Source of the DNA: an uncultured Bacilli bacterium
GTDB lineage: Bacteria; Bacillota_I; Bacilli_A; RF39; UBA660
Direction of reading: 5' to 3'
NCBI GenBank assembly: GCA_947628485.1
Contig: CANRAA010000002.1
Span: 1 to 43,648 of the forward strand
Length of the DNA: 43,648 nucleotides
Position 1 is the stretch's first letter. Each line of letters starts with the position of its first letter. Both the position numbers and the translations under genes were made by a program. Positions 15,336 to 23,705 of this stretch are shown here, in pieces. The notes under the pieces are model-generated. The model searched no databases, was not told the DNA's origin, and worked only from the letters and a program-made list of their open reading frames with translations.

Positions 15336-15505
15336 AACACCACCCCTTTCATTTCATTAATAGTCAGGTGACTAAGATGAAGTTAAAAGGTAATTTTGCA
15401 ACGCTACTTCCTGCGTCAGTTATTTATTTTAACTATAAGTCAACAAAAAGTCCATAGGAAGTTTTGTCGTATTTTGTCTAATATTGTTATAAATTGTCAC
15501 AAAAA

Positions 15506-15527
15506 AGGAAGTAGTTCATTACTTCCT
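15506..15527. terminator. Bidirectional hairpin terminator downstream of secG
   Basis: AGGAAGUA-GUUCAU-UACUUCCU is a perfect 8-bp stem with T/A runs on both sides. Confidence 0.6.
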
Positions 15528-15535
15528 ATATTTTT

Positions 15536-15754
15536 TTATTGTAAGAATAAGATTAAAGAAATAACAAAGAATAAAAGTCCTAGAAATAAAGTGGCTCTAG
15601 TTATAAATAACTCAGCTCCTCTTTCTTTCATATTTTGGAATAATTCTTGATTACTTCCGGTAATAATTCCTGCTCCATCAGTTGCTTTATTACTTTGTAA
15701 AAGTACTATAGCTATTAATAGCACAGAAACTACTAAAAGTATTGTTTCTAACAT
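15536..15754 (-). CDS. secG: Preprotein translocase subunit SecG
   Basis: 72 aa with two TM helices flanking LLQSNKATDGAGIITGS, which is the SecG-like size and pattern. Confidence 0.75.
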   Translation of the reverse strand: MLETILLVVSVLLIAIVLLQSNKATDGAGIITGSNQELFQNMKERGAELFITRATLFLGLLFFVISLILFLQ

Positions 15755-15755
15755 A

Positions 15756-17735
15756 TTATTCTTCCTTTCCTTTAATGGCGTCTTCTAATTCTTTTTTACT
15801 CATTTTAGAAGCACCTTTTATTTTTAATTCTTTAGCTTTTTCTCTTAATTCTTCTAAAGAATTATCTTTATTATCTTCTTCTTTAACTTCAAAATCAATA
15901 TTACCATTTAAAACAATATATTCAATTTGTTCTTTAGTTAAAGTTTCATATTTCATGAGCGCATCAGATAATAACATTATTAAAGCTTTATTATCTTCAA
16001 TGATAGTTTTAGCTTTTTCGTAACATTCTTCAATAATCTTTCTGGTTTCTCTATCAATTTCTAAAGCAACTTGATCACTAAAGTTTTTACTCTTACCATA
16101 ATCTCTTCCTAAGAAGACACTACCATTTTGTTCTTCATATTGCATTGGTCCTAAATCACTCATACCATATTCGGTAACCATACTTCTCGCAATATTCGTC
16201 GCTTTCTTAAAGTCGTCTGAGGCTCCTGTTGATATTTCGTTTAAGAACATCTCTTCACTAACACGTCCCCCAAGTAAACCAGTGATTTCGGCTAGTAATT
16301 CTCTTTTGGTTCTGACAATCATTTTTTCTTCTTTTGGAAGCATCATGGTATAACCACCCGCCATACCTCTTGGAATAATAGTTATCTTATGAACCTCATT
16401 CGCATCTTCTAACTTAATACCAATAACGGCATGTCCAGCTTCATGAATAGAAACAAGTTTCTTTTCTTTTTCGGTAATTTGTTTCGAAGTTTTGGCAGGG
16501 CCCATTAAGACTCTATCGGTAGCCTCGTCAATTTCATTCATCCCGATGGCTTCTTTATTTCTTCTTACGGCAAGTAAGGCTGCTTCATTAAGAAGATTTT
16601 CTAGATCAGCTCCACTAAATCCTGGCGTTCTTAAACTTAAATTATTTAAATTAACTGATTTATCTAAAATTTTATTTTTCGCATGAACTTTTAAAATTTG
16701 CTCTCTGCTTCTCGCATCTGGTAAATTGATGGTTACTTGACGGTCAAATCTACCGGGACGAAGTAACGCTGGGTCTAAAACATCAGGTCTATTCGTCGCG
16801 GCAATAATAATAATTCCTTCATTTTCCCCAAAACCATCCATTTCGGTTAATAATTGGTTAAGAGTTTGTTCTCTTTCGTCATGTCCGCCACCAAGACCAG
16901 TTCCTCTTTGTCTTCCAACGGCATCAATTTCATCGATAAAGATTAGACAAGGCGCACTTCTTTTAGCTTCCTTAAACATATCTCTAACTCTTGATGCTCC
17001 AACTCCCACGAATAATTCGACAAAGTCAGAACCACTTATATAGAAGAATGGCACATTAGCCTCACCCGCAACAGCCTTCGCAAGTAAAGTTTTACCAGTT
17101 CCTGGAGGCCCTACAAGTAAGACACCCTTAGGAATTCTGGCTCCTAATTTTTGGAATTTCTTCGGATTTTTTAAGAAGTCAATAAGTTCGGCAACTTCTT
17201 CTTTTTCTTCCGTAAGTCCAGCCACATCTTTAAAACTCTTTTTATCACTATCATTACTAAGTCTGGCTCTACTTCTTCCAAAGTCCACTGAACTTTTATT
17301 AGTCATGGCTAGTTTCTTAATTAGAATATAACCAAAGACAATGACAAAAACAAATGGTAAAACATTAACAATTATATAAAGAATAGCACTACTTCCTGGA
17401 TCACTTTTGGTATCATATTCTTTAATATCATTCTTAGTTACATAATCAGTTATATTAGCCACTTCTTCTTCAACTATTTTGGTTTTAAAACTTTCAGTTT
17501 CTTTATAACCTTTTAATTTACCTTCCACATAATATACTGACTCATTACTATTTGGAGTAAGCATTATTTCCGTAACATTATTATCTTTTAAGTTTTTTAA
17601 TAACTCCCCAGTCGTAAGTTCATTAACTTTACTACCTTGCATGGTTACAATTATTAAAATAACCGCTATTACTCCACATAAGATAATATATGGAAATGTA
17701 TTCTTCATTCGATTATTACTTTTTTGTGTATTCAT
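15756..17735 (-). CDS. ftsH: ATP-dependent zinc metalloprotease FtsH
   Basis: It has Walker A GPPGTGKT, the AAA second region of homology and the zinc motif HEAGHA. A GGAGGG Shine-Dalgarno sequence lies before the ATG at 17735. Confidence 0.95.
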   Translation of the reverse strand: MNTQKSNNRMKNTFPYIILCGVIAVILIIVTMQGSKVNELTTGELLKNLKDNNVTEIMLTPNSNESVYYVEGKLKGYKETESFKTKIVEEEVANITDYVTKNDIKEYDTKSDPGSSAILYIIVNVLPFVFVIVFGYILIKKLAMTNKSSVDFGRSRARLSNDSDKKSFKDVAGLTEEKEEVAELIDFLKNPKKFQKLGARIPKGVLLVGPPGTGKTLLAKAVAGEANVPFFYISGSDFVELFVGVGASRVRDMFKEAKRSAPCLIFIDEIDAVGRQRGTGLGGGHDEREQTLNQLLTEMDGFGENEGIIIIAATNRPDVLDPALLRPGRFDRQVTINLPDARSREQILKVHAKNKILDKSVNLNNLSLRTPGFSGADLENLLNEAALLAVRRNKEAIGMNEIDEATDRVLMGPAKTSKQITEKEKKLVSIHEAGHAVIGIKLEDANEVHKITIIPRGMAGGYTMMLPKEEKMIVRTKRELLAEITGLLGGRVSEEMFLNEISTGASDDFKKATNIARSMVTEYGMSDLGPMQYEEQNGSVFLGRDYGKSKNFSDQVALEIDRETRKIIEECYEKAKTIIEDNKALIMLLSDALMKYETLTKEQIEYIVLNGNIDFEVKEEDNKDNSLEELREKAKELKIKGASKMSKKELEDAIKGKEE

Positions 17736-19059
17736 TTATTCCCTCCGTATACTTAAGTATTATATCATACTTTTCATGAATTTCCTTATCAAATATTGAT
17801 TTTTTTATTCCTGGGAGCCAAATTATTTCATTTTTACTGTCAACTACCACCGGAATTTCTTTTCTTTTTTTAATATCTATCTTTTCATTAATTAAAATAT
17901 CTTTAATTTTTTTCCTTCCCTTTAAGTTTTTAACTGGCATAATATCACCAGGTAAGATACTTCTTACTCTTAAAGGTAAAGATATTTCTCTACTATTAAT
18001 TCTCGTTACTTTATTGGAAGTATCACTACTTTTAGCAACTACTTTAATTAAATATTTATCCAAGATATTTACTTCTTTATCTAAAACATATTCATAACTA
18101 CTCATCTTAATATTTTTCTCGATAATAAGATAATTATAACTAACTCGCGCAATATAATTATTATTTAAATTAATCTCTTTATTTTCTTTATTCTTAATTA
18201 ATTTAATAATACTTTCTATCTTCTTATTATCAATAGGTAAAATATCATACTCTTGAATATGCTCAATTACTCTTTCAATTATTTTTTTAATAATAAAATC
18301 TTCTTCTTTAATTAAAGCATCAATATATATTTTACCATCTTTATATATTTTAGCAATCTTTTTATCAATTATTTTTCTTAAATAATTATTAGTACTCTCC
18401 AACTCTTCACTATATTGTAAAAACTTCTTAGACACATTTTTTTCTTCTTTATATAAATATGGTAACACGTGTTTTCTTATTCTATTTCTTTTATGAATAT
18501 CTTTCATATTCGTTTTATCAAGCACATATTTTAAATTATTTTCTTTATTATATTTTAATATCTCATCCTTATTTATATATAGAAGAGGTCTTATAATTTT
18601 ATAGTTATGATAACTACTTACTTTAGGAATACCCATATATCCTTTTAAATTACTCCCTCTTAATATTCTTAAAAGAACGGTTTCCATTAAATCATCACCA
18701 TGATGGGCGGTAAATAAATATGAAGCATTATACTTATTTATTAAACTTTCAAAAAATTCGTATCTTTTACTTCTTCCTTCACTTTCGGTAAACTTATTAT
18801 TTTTATAATCTTCTATTTTTAAGTATTCAAAAATAAGATTATTATCAATACAATATTTTTCCACAAATTCTTTTTCTTTATCATTTTCTTTTCTGGTATT
18901 ATGATTAACGTGGGCACAGATAATTTTTAAATTTAATCTATCTTGATATCTTTTTAAAATGTGCAAAAGACACATCGAATCAGGACCCCCAGAGGTGGCC
19001 ACTAGTAATGTGTCATTAGTTCTAAGTAAATTATCTAAAAAATTATACACGTCTTTCAT
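17716..19059 (-). CDS. tilS: tRNA(Ile)-lysidine synthase
   Basis: It has the PP-loop SGGPDS near the N-terminus, is 447 aa long and is syntenic with ftsH, overlapping the ftsH start by 20 nt. Confidence 0.9.
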   Translation of the reverse strand: MKDVYNFLDNLLRTNDTLLVATSGGPDSMCLLHILKRYQDRLNLKIICAHVNHNTRKENDKEKEFVEKYCIDNNLIFEYLKIEDYKNNKFTESEGRSKRYEFFESLINKYNASYLFTAHHGDDLMETVLLRILRGSNLKGYMGIPKVSSYHNYKIIRPLLYINKDEILKYNKENNLKYVLDKTNMKDIHKRNRIRKHVLPYLYKEEKNVSKKFLQYSEELESTNNYLRKIIDKKIAKIYKDGKIYIDALIKEEDFIIKKIIERVIEHIQEYDILPIDNKKIESIIKLIKNKENKEINLNNNYIARVSYNYLIIEKNIKMSSYEYVLDKEVNILDKYLIKVVAKSSDTSNKVTRINSREISLPLRVRSILPGDIMPVKNLKGRKKIKDILINEKIDIKKRKEIPVVVDSKNEIIWLPGIKKSIFDKEIHEKYDIILKYTEGINEYTKK

Positions 19060-19122
19060 AAATAATCACAAGTCATATTGTACCGAAAATATCCTTATTT
19101 AGCAAGGAATTTCACTAAATTA

Positions 19123-19893
19123 TCATCTGTTTTTACCATTATTAACAAACTCATTAACTAATTCTTCGCTACAACCTGTAAAGGCGACTATTTTTTCTTT
19201 AGTAAATCCTAAATTTGTTAAAATAGTAAAGATATCGGCCATATTTATTATTATACCATCTTGTTTAAAATAGCCTTGACTTTCTAAAGCTTTCATTACC
19301 CTATATAATTGACCATAAGGAACAAATACTTTATCAGTCATATTAGGTAATACATTTCTTAAATTTCCAAAATTATTATGAATATATTCTCCATATCTAT
19401 CAATATCTCTTTCATAAATACTCTCTAATTCTTGACTTGCTTCAAAAGGGCTTTTTTCATAATATTCCATAAATTGAATTTCACCATATATAGCTTTAAA
19501 AAATTCTTCAAAACTACACTTAAGATGGATTAAATATTTATATATTCCTATATTTGGCCGATGTTTAGACTCCATAATTTTTTCTATTAAATTTATTTCG
19601 CCAATCTTCCAAGAAGATAAAAAACTTTCAATATAAGGAACTAGCTTTTGGTCAAAAATATCATATTCTCTAGACATACTAATATTTTTAACCGAAAACT
19701 TCCCATCATAAGGTTTCAAATAAAAATCATTTATACTTTTAAGTAAATCTAATAAAAACTTATAATATCCTTTTCGATAATAAATATATTCTCCTTCCAA
19801 ATCATTAATTTCTTTATATTTATTATATTTATTTATATCTTCCTCTTTACTTTCATAAGCTGTCCTTAAATTCGGCAATTTATCTTTTTCCAT
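19123..19893 (-). CDS. Hypothetical protein (last gene of the HTH-CYTH cluster)
   Basis: 256-aa ORF with no recognisable motifs. It is on the same strand as, and 52 nt downstream of, the paralog pair. Confidence 0.5.
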   Translation of the reverse strand: MEKDKLPNLRTAYESKEEDINKYNKYKEINDLEGEYIYYRKGYYKFLLDLLKSINDFYLKPYDGKFSVKNISMSREYDIFDQKLVPYIESFLSSWKIGEINLIEKIMESKHRPNIGIYKYLIHLKCSFEEFFKAIYGEIQFMEYYEKSPFEASQELESIYERDIDRYGEYIHNNFGNLRNVLPNMTDKVFVPYGQLYRVMKALESQGYFKQDGIIINMADIFTILTNLGFTKEKIVAFTGCSEELVNEFVNNGKNR

Positions 19894-19945
19894 TATGTCC
19901 TCCTATGTAAAATTTATTATATTAATTATAATGATATAAGTCAAG

Positions 19946-20497
19946 TTAAAGTCTAGGGTACTTCGCAAGTAATAATTTTTTACTTTTACTTTGACCGTAC
20001 TTTAAAGCATTTTCCCAAAAATACCGTCTTACTTCTTCATAGCCATTCTTATTTTTCCTTGTATTATAAGGATTTAAAATAATATTTTCGTTTTTAAAAT
20101 CTTCGTCATATACGCGGTTAGAAAAAGAAAAACAATCATCTCTATCAGTGCATCCTAAAATTTGTTTCCCACTTTCAATATCTTGATATAACCTTTTATC
20201 ATAAATACTAATGTCTAGTTTTGAAAATGGGGAATTTAAACTATCTTCATCTTTCTCAAAACCATAATAAAAGGCATCAGTACAGACATATACTCTATTA
20301 GTTTCCATAATCTTAAATTTCTCTAATATCTTTGTTAATAATTCGTAATCATCTTTAAGAAACAAATCTGGTTTAACTTCAGCTAAACAAACTAACTCTT
20401 TAACATTATCTTGTTGTAATAATTTTTCTATTTCGTCTCTTTTTTCAATTTCTTTTTGTAATTCTTCTTTTAGATATACTAAGTCTTCTTTTTTCAT
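19946..20497 (-). CDS. Hypothetical protein, paralog 2 of the pair downstream of HTH-CYTH
   Basis: 183 aa. It shares with 20494-21039 the N-terminal MKKE(D/E)L..LKEEL.KEI.KR..I..LLQ coiled coil and the C-terminal NI.LNPYNT...NNGYEEVRR.F.ENA.KYG...SKKLLL.KYPRL. It overlaps the upstream gene by 4 nt. Confidence 0.6.
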   Translation of the reverse strand: MKKEDLVYLKEELQKEIEKRDEIEKLLQQDNVKELVCLAEVKPDLFLKDDYELLTKILEKFKIMETNRVYVCTDAFYYGFEKDEDSLNSPFSKLDISIYDKRLYQDIESGKQILGCTDRDDCFSFSNRVYDEDFKNENIILNPYNTRKNKNGYEEVRRYFWENALKYGQSKSKKLLLAKYPRL

Positions 20498-21039
20498 TTT
20501 GTTTCCAATCTAGGATATTTTTTTAGTAATAATTTCTTACTTTCTTCTTCACCATACTTTATAGCATTTTCCAAAAACTCTCGTCTTACTTCTTCATAAC
20601 CATTGTTATTATCGCTTGTATTATAAGGATTTAAGACAATGTTATCTCTTTCAAACTCGTTTGTTTTTATTCTTCCATCATAGGCCTGTTCACTAATCCA
20701 AGCTTGAGTCAATTGTTTACTTTCTATATTAACATAATTTTTGCCTTCCACTTTTTCCGAGTCAATTGGGACATTATGATGAAGACTATCACAAAGAATA
20801 AATTCTGAATAATAAGCCGAAGTAACAACATAAATATTATTGGTATTGGTAATTTTATAATCTTTTAAAATTTTTAAAAGCAATTCATAATCATCTTTTA
20901 TAAATTTACTGTAATTAGTACTTGTTAGAGTAATTAACTCTTGCACATGACTATCTTGTAATAATTCTTTAATTCTTTCTCTTTTTGCTATTTCTTTTTT
21001 TAACTCTTCTTTTAAGTGTAATAATTCTTCTTTCTTCAT
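20494..21039 (-). CDS. Hypothetical protein, paralog 1 of the pair downstream of HTH-CYTH
   Basis: 181 aa, paralogous to 19946-20497. It overlaps the HTH-CYTH gene by 4 nt. Confidence 0.6.
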   Translation of the reverse strand: MKKEELLHLKEELKKEIAKRERIKELLQDSHVQELITLTSTNYSKFIKDDYELLLKILKDYKITNTNNIYVVTSAYYSEFILCDSLHHNVPIDSEKVEGKNYVNIESKQLTQAWISEQAYDGRIKTNEFERDNIVLNPYNTSDNNNGYEEVRREFLENAIKYGEEESKKLLLKKYPRLETK

Positions 21040-21767
21040 ATAACCTCCAAATACTCATTATATTTTTTTGTTGTAATCTTATTTATATCAATATTTAATT
21101 TTTTTAATAACTCAAATAACTTTTTAATTTCTTCTTCTTTTTTATATTCTATTCTTTTTACTTCCACTTCTAAAAACATTCCTATACCCTCTACTTTATC
21201 TAATGAAAACTCATACTTTTCTTCATACATTATTTTTAATCTATCTTTAGATATTACCCCTTTTTTCGTACATCCTAAATGATAAAGAATTTCTTCTAAG
21301 TTAGAAAAGTTATCTATTAAGGTTTCATATTCGCATCTTGCATTTTCACTATCAAAACATTTATAACTTAATAAATATTTATTATCTTCTAATCTTATTC
21401 TTAAACATTCTTGATTGTATTTATTTAAAGGAGTTAGATAGTAAGTATCTATTTCCTTAACTTCTTTAATATTATCACTTTTACTTTCCAGTAATTTCTT
21501 AATCCTCTTATAATCACTTTCATCTATATGCAATTTAACCTCAATTTCTATAGGTTCATTATTATAGATATTATTATCTAAAAGTGTATACAAATTGCAT
21601 TTAAAAAGAGAGGATAATTTAAACAACATATTCACATCGGGCATTGTTCTATTAACTTCCCAACTAGATATAGTCTTATTGGAAACATATAACATATCCG
21701 CCAAAGCTTCTTGAGTTAAATTGGCTTCTTCTCTTAACTTTTTAATTTTTTCTCCTAAAGCACTCAT
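21036..21767 (-). CDS. XRE-HTH fused to a CYTH (CyaB-like class IV adenylyl cyclase / triphosphate tunnel metalloenzyme) domain
   Basis: The N-terminus is an HTH_3-type motif, LGEKIKKLREEANLTQEALADMLYVSNKTISSWE. The C-terminal part starts with the CYTH ExExK signature (EIEVKL), followed by LRIR...LSYK, R.EYE and LDKVEGIGMFLEVEV. The ATG at 21767 follows an AGGAGG Shine-Dalgarno sequence. Confidence 0.75.
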   Translation of the reverse strand: MSALGEKIKKLREEANLTQEALADMLYVSNKTISSWEVNRTMPDVNMLFKLSSLFKCNLYTLLDNNIYNNEPIEIEVKLHIDESDYKRIKKLLESKSDNIKEVKEIDTYYLTPLNKYNQECLRIRLEDNKYLLSYKCFDSENARCEYETLIDNFSNLEEILYHLGCTKKGVISKDRLKIMYEEKYEFSLDKVEGIGMFLEVEVKRIEYKKEEEIKKLFELLKKLNIDINKITTKKYNEYLEVI

Positions 21768-21811
21768 AATTTCCTCCTGCATAAATATTGTATCACAGAA
21801 AGAAAAATTTT

Positions 21812-22552
21812 TTATCTATTATTTGGAGAATACGGCTCACCATCAAGAATAATGGCAATTTTATTTAATATTTTATCCCGTAAATCATAATTAATGGTAA
21901 TTTTCTTATCTTTACTTTTTTTAATTTCTTTCGTAGCCTTATTAGAACTTATAGTACTTAAAACAGTTAAAACTTTAAATTCCGCATCAGGTACACTTAC
22001 AATTAAATGTTTAGCCTTTCTTATATTTTCAACATTTTGGTTATTTTCATCTCTAAGTAGTTTTATTTCAATACCTTTATATAAAGGTATGCTTTTATCA
22101 TTATCAAACTCATTAATATAAACATAATAATCAAGATAATCTCCTACTTTTAAATCATCACTAAAACTAAACTCATCTAAATCAAAATCCATAACCGTAT
22201 AACCGTCAAGAATATTACTGATAACGCTGTTGGCTTTTATGGCTTTTTTATACCCATAAATACCTATTGGAATAGCCACAATTATAAGAACAATTAAGGT
22301 AATAATCAAATATTTATTAAGTCTTACTTTTTTATCAATTTTCTTAACCATTTTGACATCTCCTTTTAATAATTTATCTAAAGATATATTAAATTTATCA
22401 CTTATCTTAATTATTGTTTCAATATCGGGATAACTTTTACCACACTCCCAACTAGAAATGGTTTGCCTTGTTACAAAAAACATATTTGCTAAATCTTCTT
22501 GACTTAAATTATGTTCTTTTCTAATTTCCATAATTTTTTTACCTATATTCAT
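21812..22552 (-). CDS. XRE-HTH protein with a TM helix and an extracytoplasmic domain
   Basis: The N-terminal HTH is IGKKIMEIRKEHNLSQEDLANMFFVTRQTISSWE. A TM helix (YLIITLIVLIIVAIPIGIYGY) follows, then a domain of approximately 140 aa. Confidence 0.75.
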   Translation of the reverse strand: MNIGKKIMEIRKEHNLSQEDLANMFFVTRQTISSWECGKSYPDIETIIKISDKFNISLDKLLKGDVKMVKKIDKKVRLNKYLIITLIVLIIVAIPIGIYGYKKAIKANSVISNILDGYTVMDFDLDEFSFSDDLKVGDYLDYYVYINEFDNDKSIPLYKGIEIKLLRDENNQNVENIRKAKHLIVSVPDAEFKVLTVLSTISSNKATKEIKKSKDKKITINYDLRDKILNKIAIILDGEPYSPNNR

Positions 22553-22645
22553 AATGACTCCTTTCCCTCTTATTTTAAATCATTTATATTTTTTATGCCT
22601 AGCAAAGATTATTTGCTTCAAGAAAAAAACTAATTGTTAAAACAA

Positions 22646-23705
22646 CTAGTCAATATTTTTTAAATTATATTCTAGCATTTCTTTTATTTCGCCATTTAAT
22701 ATTTTATCGGGGTCATTACTTTCAAAATTACTCCGATTATCTTTCACAAGTTTATAAGGCTCTAGAATGTAACTGCGGATTTGACTTCCAAATTCAATAT
22801 TTTTAGAAGTATCTTTTAAACTATTTTTTTCATTCTCTATTTCTTTAATTTTTTGCTCATATAATTTATTCTTTAATAATTTCATCGCCATTTCTTTATT
22901 TTTAAGTTGGCTTCGTTCATTTTGACAAGTAACCACTATCTTACTTGGTAAATGGGTAATTCGAACAGCTGAATTAGAAGTATTAACCGATTGTCCACCA
23001 GCGCCACTTGAGTGATAAACATCAATTTTTAAATCGTTTTCATTTATTTCAATGTTGGGTACTTCTAAAAATTCGGGTGTAACGGTAACGGAAGCAAATG
23101 AGGTATGTCTTCTTTTCCCTGCATCAAAAGGAGAAATTCTAACTAACCTATGAACCCCACTTTCTCTTTTTAAATAACCATAAGCATATTCGCCAGAAAT
23201 TCTTATAATCGCCGATTTAATCCCTGCTTCTTCCCCAGGGTTTGAATAAATAACTTCAAATTTATAATTATATTTTTCACAAAATCTTTCATACATTCTT
23301 AAAAGCATTAAGGACCAATCACAAGACTCAGTTCCTCCAGCTCCCGGATGAATTTCTAAAAAACATGGAAGACTATCATATTCCCCACTTAAATGCACTT
23401 CTTTTTCAAGGGTATTTATTTCTTCATTTATTTTAAAGTATTCGTCTTCATATTCTTTCTCAGTCATTTCATTTTTTAAAAATTCTAAGGTATTAATACT
23501 TTCTAATAAATTATTATAGTTATAAACATTTTTCTTTATTCTATTGTATTCCATATTAATTACGTTAGCTTTATCGTAATCTTCCCAAAAACCATCACTA
23601 TTAATAATACTTTCTAATTCTTTTAATCTTTCTTCCTCTTTAGGAATGTCAAAGTGACCTCCCAATAGTCATTAATAATTCTTTTAAAGTTTCTGTATTT
23701 CTCAT
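22646..23705 (-). CDS. prfB: Peptide chain release factor 2 (requires a programmed +1 frameshift)
   Basis: The SPF and GGQ motifs are present. Frame 0 reads MRNTETLKELLMTIGRSL and then UGA. The downstream frame continues DIPKEEERLKELE. Confidence 0.95.
23649..23663 (-). promoter_or_regulatory. RF2 programmed +1 frameshift site
   Basis: The minus strand reads GGGAGG UCA CUU UGA C, which is the internal Shine-Dalgarno-like element plus the CUU UGA C slippery/stop context. Confidence 0.9.

Noticed and set aside
15396-15650. 84-aa plus-strand ORF overlapping secG and the intergenic region
   Set aside because: It runs through a bidirectional terminator hairpin (15506-15527) and antisense to secG. 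It has no Shine-Dalgarno sequence and no recognisable protein features.
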